DNA of 64,000 nt from Nemertoderma westbladi. Its lineage: Eukaryota > Animalia > Xenacoelomorpha. The notes beneath the pieces are model-generated. The model ran no database searches and was not told where the DNA came from. It saw nothing but the letters and a program-made list of their open reading frames with translations. How positions within the stretch are numbered: the stretch's first letter is position 1; every line of letters begins with the position of its first letter. The stretch lies in NCBI GenBank assembly GCA_032718475.1, contig JAUCBJ010005609.1:22055-86054 (forward strand), written 5' to 3'. The translations under genes and the position numbers were made by a program. This document shows, in pieces, positions 1 through 7,053 of the stretch.

Positions 1-1
1 C

Positions 2-484
2 CGGTACGAAGACGAGAACAGTAGAGAGGGGGGTCGAAGAGAAACTTTCCGACGGAATACACCTATCGATCGAGAATACGGTAGCCGCGGGGAGGATTAT
101 TCGAGAAGAATAAACTTCGATCCCGAACAACACATGCAGACTGTAGGACATACTGTAGGCCTTACTGCACATACTGTAGGCCATACTGAGAGAGGCAATG
201 TAGGCGATAGGATAGCGTGGACAACGGGATTAAACCCGGAAGTCGCGGAATACATACCGGCGGGTAGGCCAGAAGCTGATAGGCCTATACCGGTACCAGC
301 ACAGCAGTATGACTACAGCATGCAGGGACATAACATATACCCAGGGGAGGGGGGAATTATTGCGGATAGGTGCATGGGCCCCAACATATTAACATCAACC
401 CCAGTACCAAACATACTGGTGGGGGGGGGGGGGGGGGGCAGGGTGACATTCCCCCATCACAATATCAACAATATACCCCGATAG
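2..484 (+). CDS. gag: N-terminal part of BEL Gag (frame open from the window start; joins the 370-1836 frame by a frameshift, probably at the G18 run 421-438)
   Basis: Frame 2 has no stop from nt 2 to 481 (RYEDENSREGGRRETF...LNPEVAEYIP...LTSTP); frame 1 has a TAG at 367-369, so the switch lies between 370 and 484. Confidence 0.6.
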   Translation, partial: RYEDENSREGGRRETFRRNTPIDREYGSRGEDYSRRINFDPEQHMQTVGHTVGLTAHTVGHTERGNVGDRIAWTTGLNPEVAEYIPAGRPEADRPIPVPAQQYDYSMQGHNIYPGEGGIIADRCMGPNILTSTPVPNILVGGGGGGRVTFPHHNINNIPR

Positions 485-1836
485 GAGCGAGAACAACGAG
501 ACCCTTGGATGAGAATAGGTCGTGTGACACAGAAATATGGAGGGGGCCGCTACCCCCGATGACATACCCAAGTCAGAGAAAGTCAAGAAATAGGACAGAC
601 GGAACGCACCAGACAGGAGAAACTATACAGCACCCATCGAATCCATTGGAAGCACAGGCGATGGGGATGGCCACGTTGATCGATGCGTTGAAAACGAGGA
701 TCGAGTTACCACCCGTGGAACCATTCAAATTCGATGGGAGTAGGCCGGAAGAATATCTACAGTTTCGGCGCATGTATAGTAACGAAATACTAACAAAAAA
801 CTTGACGCAGGCGGAGTGCCTAAAGTATCTACAAGTGTACACGGGAGGCCCAGCATACGACATCGTGAGGCAATATCAAGGGATAGAGGGCGGCTTCACG
901 ACAGCATGGCGGGCACTGGATAGGGAATACGGGCACCCGGCCAAGATCATCAGGCAGACACTGAGAGGCATAACATCGGGTGGCCTACAGGATAATCCCG
1001 TTAGCATTAAGACGTTCGCTAACAAAGTCGAAAAGGCGCTGATCGTGCTGAAGACGCTAGACGCGCCATACGAGCTCAATGCGTCCAACAACATCACCAC
1101 GATAGCGCAGGCACTACCAAACTGGCTGCGCAACAAGTGGAGAAAAATCGCCTTCTCCACTCGAGATAAGAAGGGTGCGGAACCGGGTTTAGAAGAAATG
1201 TCAAACTTCTTAAACTACGAGGCTGAACTAATAACTGACCCAGTCTATAGCGAAGATAGCCTGGGAAAGGGACCAAAGACAGACTACCATAGACCGAAAC
1301 CAGAGCATAACACATCAAACGCATTACCGAGACTCAGGCAATCATTGCCATATGCAGCGACGCAGGGGACTGCAAGTCCACAGCTAGCCGAGGATAAGAC
1401 AACACCATGGAGCGGACAGGGAAACAATAACAACACGAATAAACATAACCCCAGTACGTCCAGTAGGCTAAATCCAAACAATAAGAATAGTAGGGACTTT
1501 GGTACAAACGCAACTGAGATACGCAATGCACTGTATAAAGAGGGCTACGACCCAAAGAGCAAATGCCAGCTACACGCAAATGCGCTTCATCAAACCATGA
1601 ACTGCAGGTACTGGCAGGCGCTACCTAGGCAGGATCAGATAGATTATGCGTTCAGCAATAAAATCTGCTCGCGATGTGTAATGAGTGGACATAGAGCAAG
1701 GGAGTGCAAGGAGAAGCCGATAAAATTTGGTCAAAGGAGAGGCCAAACGATGGCGACGAGCACAGTAGGAGCGAAGAAGAGAGGAACGGTGCTACTTGGA
1801 GTAGTACCCGTGCGAGTGATTGGGGAAGGCAATTGA
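370..1836 (+). CDS. gag: BEL/Pao Gag (DUF1759-like capsid region plus zinc knuckles) and start of the protease
   Basis: LPPVEPFKFDGSRPEEYLQF, LKYLQVYTGGPA, AWRALDREYG, LPNWLRNKW are typical BEL Gag motifs; knuckles CQLH-x4-H-x4-C and CSRC-x4-H-x4-C; ends in VVPVRV protease strand and an in-frame TGA. Confidence 0.9.
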   Translation: MHGPQHININPSTKHTGGGGGGGQGDIPPSQYQQYTPIGARTTRPLDENRSCDTEIWRGPLPPMTYPSQRKSRNRTDGTHQTGETIQHPSNPLEAQAMGMATLIDALKTRIELPPVEPFKFDGSRPEEYLQFRRMYSNEILTKNLTQAECLKYLQVYTGGPAYDIVRQYQGIEGGFTTAWRALDREYGHPAKIIRQTLRGITSGGLQDNPVSIKTFANKVEKALIVLKTLDAPYELNASNNITTIAQALPNWLRNKWRKIAFSTRDKKGAEPGLEEMSNFLNYEAELITDPVYSEDSLGKGPKTDYHRPKPEHNTSNALPRLRQSLPYAATQGTASPQLAEDKTTPWSGQGNNNNTNKHNPSTSSRLNPNNKNSRDFGTNATEIRNALYKEGYDPKSKCQLHANALHQTMNCRYWQALPRQDQIDYAFSNKICSRCVMSGHRARECKEKPIKFGQRRGQTMATSTVGAKKRGTVLLGVVPVRVIGEGN

Positions 1837-1851
1837 TCAGTAACAACGCTA

Positions 1852-4800
1852 ATGCTGGTTGATAGTGGAGCTGCCTTCACATTAGTCGAGGAATGGGTGG
1901 CCGAGGAGATAGGATTGAGAACGAGGCCAAGCAGGATGGCGGTAACAACCATCTCTAGCAAAGATGAGATCCTGGAGATGAGAACAGGACGGTGCGCAAT
2001 TGCAGCAATGGCACCAGGATGCGACTATGGGGCAACCATCGACCCCATCCAAGTGATAGAGTCAATTAATATTAATGCCAGGCGACCAACCAACATCGAG
2101 GTCGAGCAGTATAAATTCCTGGACGACATTGACTTCTCAATCCCAGACGTGGACGTTAGGAAGGTGTCCATCATAGTAGGCATGGACTGCCCAACGGCCC
2201 ACGAAAGAATGCAAACGGTCTTCGGCGAAGACAAGCAGAGTGACCCGGTGGCCATATTAACACCATTCGGGTGGACGCTGAGTGGTCCAATTAAGAGCAA
2301 GATACCATTTAGGATGTCGGAGACATCAGGATGCATGTTCGCGGGAACAATGCAGGAAATGGGTGACGAGGGAGCAGAGGAGCAGCTTAAAAGACTGCTC
2401 AGACAGGATTTCGAGGGACTGAAAGAAACCGGAGTCGGGACCTCAGTAGAAGACAAGCAGGCTTTACAAAGCGTGGAGGAATCAATGACATGCAATGAGG
2501 GACGGTATACTATAGGAATGGTATGGAAACTACCGAAGATACCGCTGCCCGACAATAGGGGGATGGTACTCACGAGACTCCGCAAACTGAAACAAACACT
2601 AAAACGGAGCCCCGAGAAGAATGAGTACATCCACAGAACAATTAAGAAGTACGTCGAGAAAGGATGGGCCGTGGAGTTACCGGTCGACGAGCCGAACACG
2701 GATAGAACATATTACCTGCCACTGCACGTGGCTTTAGATCCAAAGAAAGGTAAACTAAGGATGGTAGTCGACGCATCGGCAAAGACCGACGGAAAGTGCT
2801 TAAACGACTACCTGTTAGAAGGCCCAAACATATACAATTCGGGCATAGAGGTGTTACTTAGATTTAGAAATGGGAAACACGCCTTCACGTGTGACATAGA
2901 AGGCATGTTCAACCAAGTCTGTGTAACGGAGGAAGATAGCGACAGTCAGCGCTTCTTATGGTATAACGGCGAGGAAGAACCGTCGATAATACCGGCATAT
3001 AAGATGGTAGTACAGAACATGGGGGCCAAGTCGTCTTCATTTACGACGACTATGGCAGTGAGAGACACAGTAAAGGGGAAGGAAGATAGATACAGCAGTA
3101 GGGCCGTCGATATGATTCGACGCGGCTTCTACGTAGACGACGGAATGGAGTCTGGAAATACGGTTAAGGAGATACTGGATACAGGGCGCGAGGTTCGCGA
3201 CATCCTAAAAGGATCCGGCTTTAACCTGACCAAATTCCAATCCAGTTCGGAAGAATTTATCAAAGCCATAGAGGACAGGAAACCAGAATCGACCATGGAT
3301 AATCCCACAACAGCCAAAGGGCAGGACATGGCGATTAAGAGAACGGAGTCCCAGCAGAAGGCATTGGGAATCATGTGGGATAGAGAGACAGACGAACTGA
3401 AGTATCAGCTGAGCCAGGAGGGCGCAGACATCCACACGAAGAGGGGTTATGTATCGTATATAGCAAGGATATACGATCCCCTAGGCCTAGCATCCCCATT
3501 ATTAGTCACGGGGCAACAGATACTCAAGAGAGTATACAAATTGAAAGATGAGTGGGACGTAGAGGTACCAGAGGAAATCAAGAAACAGTGGAGCAAGTGG
3601 ACAGGAGACTTGGAGAAGATGGGAACATACAACATGCCACGGGTGTATTTCCCGGATGGGAACATGACGAATCTGGACCTACACATGTTCTCCGACGCGT
3701 CGTTGGAAGCGTACGGAGCGGCACTCTACTTAGTACAACGAGAGGGGGCTCATAAGCCAAGACTAGCCTTTAGTAAAGCAAAGTCAACGCCACCAGATTC
3801 AGCATCAGTTCCCAAGTTAGAATTAACAGCTGCGAGACTAGGAGTAAGAGCCACAGCCTACCTAGTGGATACTATTCCCAACATAGTGGAGACACACTAC
3901 TGGACGGACTCCATGGTAGTGCTTGGTTGGCTACATAACGAAAGGACGAGATACCTGATATTCGTCGCGAATAGAGTGGACGAAATAAGGGCGAGCACAG
4001 AACTGGAAAGGTGGCACTACTGCCCAACAGACGAGAACCCAGCGGACTTGCTGTCGAGGGGGGTGGAACGCCACACTTTCCTGAAGAAAGAATTATTGTG
4101 GCAACATGGGCCACAATTTCTGAGCGATAAGGAAGCCTGGCCGCCGATGAGGAAGGTGGACCCGGGCTCGGAAGTAATATCAGAAGGAGAAGAGGGAGAT
4201 TCAGAGGGAGAAGAGATATACTCCCAGATGGTGAGGGAGATTAGGGACGTGCAACCAGGATGGGAACTGTGCGATAACCCGACGGATAAACTCCTCAGCT
4301 ACAGTTCTAGTTGGTATAAGACCAAGAAACTAGTGGCGTACTGGAGAGCCTTCGGAAATTTCCTTGCGGGAGTTGGCAAGGACAAGAAGATCAGGACAAC
4401 CATAGATCTGGAAGGAGCGGCCAAGGCAGTGATCCGCTATGAACAACGGAAGAACTACGGCGACGAGGTGGAACGCGTCGGTAACCAACAGCACCTCCGA
4501 CGGGACAGCGAGCTGATTACGCTGTCGCCACAACTCAATGACGACGGGATTCTAGTAATGAATTCTAGGGTGGGATATAACAACAGCATAGTCGTACCAC
4601 CGAAACCCATCATCATTCCTACAGGATCGCCAATAGTCCACCAGATTATATGGGACTCCCACAAATCGATATTACATGGGGGCACCAACCGAACCCTCAC
4701 AGAGATAAGGAGGACCTATTGGGTCAAACAACTGAGGAAGAAGGTAAAAGCGGTAGTGGGGCAGTGCCAGACCTGCCGACGAGCGAAGAAGGAGCGAGCC

Positions 4801-5769
4801 GTACAGGAGATGGCGCCACTACCGGCAAGTAGGGTAAGACAGCACGACCCGCCATTTACGCATTGCGGTGTGGACATGTTCGGGCCGATCAAGATCAAAG
4901 TGATGCGACACACGGAGAAACGCTATGGCATTATCTTCGTATGCAACAATACGCGGGCGGTAGGGATAGAACTCGCCCAAGATGCAACCGCATCAGCGTT
5001 CATTAACGCCTTAGAAAGGTTTAGGGACCGCAAAGGTGGGACGATCGCAGTGATATACAGCGACAACAGCACCAACTTTGTGGGCGCAGAGAGTGAGATG
5101 GCAGAGGCCTTGGACATCTTGGAGGGAGAAGAAGTCAGGGCAGCCATGAGACGACGACAAGTAAAGTGGGAGAGAAGGACGCCGTATGCACCACATACAC
5201 TAGGATGCGTCGAGAGACTGGTGGGCAGTTCAAAGCGTCTAATGACGAAGCTAATGAACACCCACATGGTCACTGAGGACGTCTTACGGACAGTACTTGC
5301 GAAGTGCGAGGGGATCATTAATAGCAGACCGCTATATCCGGAGAATGATGACCCTGAGTCATTAGACGTGCTGACGCCTAGCCATTTCCTGATGGAAAGG
5401 CCAGCGACCATCGATATGCGGGGTGTAGACCCAGATGACATATACTCCCGCCAAAGTTGGAAAGTCGCAAAGGCAATAAGCGCAGAGTATTGGAGGAGGT
5501 GGGTCGAGGAATACCTACCCACGCTCCATAAGCGAAGCAAGTGGAGGAAGCCAAACAGGGAGTTAAGAGTAGGAGATCTCGTAATCGTTACGGATGATAC
5601 TATCATCAACAACCAATGGCGGTTGGCGAGAGTTGTAGGCACCTACTCCGACGAGGACGGAAGAGTCCGATCGGTAGAAGTGCGGATAGGTGGAAAGATA
5701 GGTGCGAAGGACAGGAAAACCTACAGGAGAGCAGTAGGCAAATGCTGTCTGCTAGAAGGGGCACCTTAA
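1852..5769 (+). CDS. pol: BEL/Pao Pol: aspartic protease, reverse transcriptase, RNase H, integrase
   Basis: Protease LVDSGA; RT YYLPLH, LRMVVDAS, CDIEGMFNQV, FYVDD; RNase H FSDAS, PKLEL, WTDS, NPADLLSRG; integrase H-x4-H...CQTC, GVDMFGP, SDNSTNF, ERLV; C-terminal WRRWVEEYL...W...VGDLV tail. Confidence 0.97.
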   Translation: MLVDSGAAFTLVEEWVAEEIGLRTRPSRMAVTTISSKDEILEMRTGRCAIAAMAPGCDYGATIDPIQVIESININARRPTNIEVEQYKFLDDIDFSIPDVDVRKVSIIVGMDCPTAHERMQTVFGEDKQSDPVAILTPFGWTLSGPIKSKIPFRMSETSGCMFAGTMQEMGDEGAEEQLKRLLRQDFEGLKETGVGTSVEDKQALQSVEESMTCNEGRYTIGMVWKLPKIPLPDNRGMVLTRLRKLKQTLKRSPEKNEYIHRTIKKYVEKGWAVELPVDEPNTDRTYYLPLHVALDPKKGKLRMVVDASAKTDGKCLNDYLLEGPNIYNSGIEVLLRFRNGKHAFTCDIEGMFNQVCVTEEDSDSQRFLWYNGEEEPSIIPAYKMVVQNMGAKSSSFTTTMAVRDTVKGKEDRYSSRAVDMIRRGFYVDDGMESGNTVKEILDTGREVRDILKGSGFNLTKFQSSSEEFIKAIEDRKPESTMDNPTTAKGQDMAIKRTESQQKALGIMWDRETDELKYQLSQEGADIHTKRGYVSYIARIYDPLGLASPLLVTGQQILKRVYKLKDEWDVEVPEEIKKQWSKWTGDLEKMGTYNMPRVYFPDGNMTNLDLHMFSDASLEAYGAALYLVQREGAHKPRLAFSKAKSTPPDSASVPKLELTAARLGVRATAYLVDTIPNIVETHYWTDSMVVLGWLHNERTRYLIFVANRVDEIRASTELERWHYCPTDENPADLLSRGVERHTFLKKELLWQHGPQFLSDKEAWPPMRKVDPGSEVISEGEEGDSEGEEIYSQMVREIRDVQPGWELCDNPTDKLLSYSSSWYKTKKLVAYWRAFGNFLAGVGKDKKIRTTIDLEGAAKAVIRYEQRKNYGDEVERVGNQQHLRRDSELITLSPQLNDDGILVMNSRVGYNNSIVVPPKPIIIPTGSPIVHQIIWDSHKSILHGGTNRTLTEIRRTYWVKQLRKKVKAVVGQCQTCRRAKKERAVQEMAPLPASRVRQHDPPFTHCGVDMFGPIKIKVMRHTEKRYGIIFVCNNTRAVGIELAQDATASAFINALERFRDRKGGTIAVIYSDNSTNFVGAESEMAEALDILEGEEVRAAMRRRQVKWERRTPYAPHTLGCVERLVGSSKRLMTKLMNTHMVTEDVLRTVLAKCEGIINSRPLYPENDDPESLDVLTPSHFLMERPATIDMRGVDPDDIYSRQSWKVAKAISAEYWRRWVEEYLPTLHKRSKWRKPNRELRVGDLVIVTDDTIINNQWRLARVVGTYSDEDGRVRSVEVRIGGKIGAKDRKTYRRAVGKCCLLEGAP

Positions 5770-5914
5770 CTTGGAGTTAGAGTTGAGTTTAGTCGTCCAA
5801 GTTTTGGACTGAGGGGGGTGGGATTGAGGGCGAGACGCCCTTCCCACAAACAAAATAGAAAAAATAAAATAAAATAAATAATAGTACATGCTAGGTACGC
5901 AGTTAGTAGGCAGA

Positions 5915-6560
5915 AGTTAGTTAAGAGGTACGTAGTACCTGGTCAGTTAGTTAGTTAGAAGGTACGTAGTACCTAGTCAGTTAGTTAGTTAGAAGGTACG
6001 TAGTACCTAGTTAGTTAGTTAGTTAGAAGGTACGTAGTACCTAGTTAGTTAGAGAGTTAGAGGGTACGTAGTACCGATAATTAGTCAGAGAGTTAGAGGG
6101 TACGTAGTACCGATAGTTAGTTAGAGAGTTAGAGGGTACGTAGTACCGATAATTAGTCAGAGAGTTAGAGGGTACGTAGTACCGATAGTTAGTTAGAGAG
6201 TTAGAGGGTATGTAGTACCGATAGTTAGTTAGAGAGTTAGAGGGTACGTAGTACCGATAGTTAGTTAGAGAGTTAGAGGGTACGTAGTACCGATAGTTAG
6301 TTAGAGAGTTAGAGGGTACGTAGTACCGATAGTTAGTTAGAGAGTTAGAGGGTACGTAGTACTGATAGTTAGTTAGAGAGTTAGAGGGTACGTAGTACCG
6401 ATAGTTAGTCAGAGAGTTAGAGGGTACGTAGTACCGATAGTTAGTTAGAGAGTTAGAGGGTACGTAGTACCGATAGTTAGTTGGAGAGTTAGAGGGTATG
6501 TAAGTACCGTTAGTTAGAAGAGTTAGAGTTAGAGGGTACGTAGTACCGTTTGTTAGAAGA
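5915..6560 (+). repeat. Tandem array of ~18 units (4 x 34 bp, then 36 bp), each containing the hairpin GGTAC-GTA-GTACC
   Basis: GGTAC cores at 5927, 5961, 5995, 6029, 6063, then every 36 bp to 6495, last at 6535; consensus AGTTAGAGGGTACGTAGTACCGATAGTTAGTTAGAG. Confidence 0.95.
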
Positions 6561-7053
6561 GAGAGAGTAAGAGGTAAAAGGAGATATAGATATAGATATT
6601 AGTTAGCAGTTAGTAGCGTTAGTAGCGAGAGGGGGGCATATGAGTACAGCTGGGTAAGTCGTGTGGCCACACGACGCATACTGCTGTACTGCATAGACCC
6701 ACAGAGTAGGCCAGAATGTGGATTAGAGAATAGAATAATCCATAGGCAGTAGTAAGTAGTAGGACAGTAGAATCAAATTAAAATAGATAAATAAATAGAA
6801 TAGGGCTGAAAGTTGTAAAATAGTGGCAACACAAGGGAAGTTATTCTAGAACATAATAAAAGTAACGGACAGAAATTGTAAATTACGCTCATTTACTAGC
6901 TTCAAAATTAATTAGGAATAATTTAGGTTAAAAGGCGCAGTTAAGTAGGAAATAGGCCATTACCGAACCGTACAGAACATCTTAGATACATCACTCATCT
7001 GTATTGCGCCTTGGTAAGGCACCACCTTGCAGGTGAGCGAGTGAACGTTCGGA

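Noticed and set aside
5915-6560. CRISPR-like appearance (36-bp period, palindromic repeat, adjacent nuclease ORF)
   Set aside because: Units are head-to-tail with no unique spacers, there are no cas genes, and the context is a eukaryotic retrotransposon
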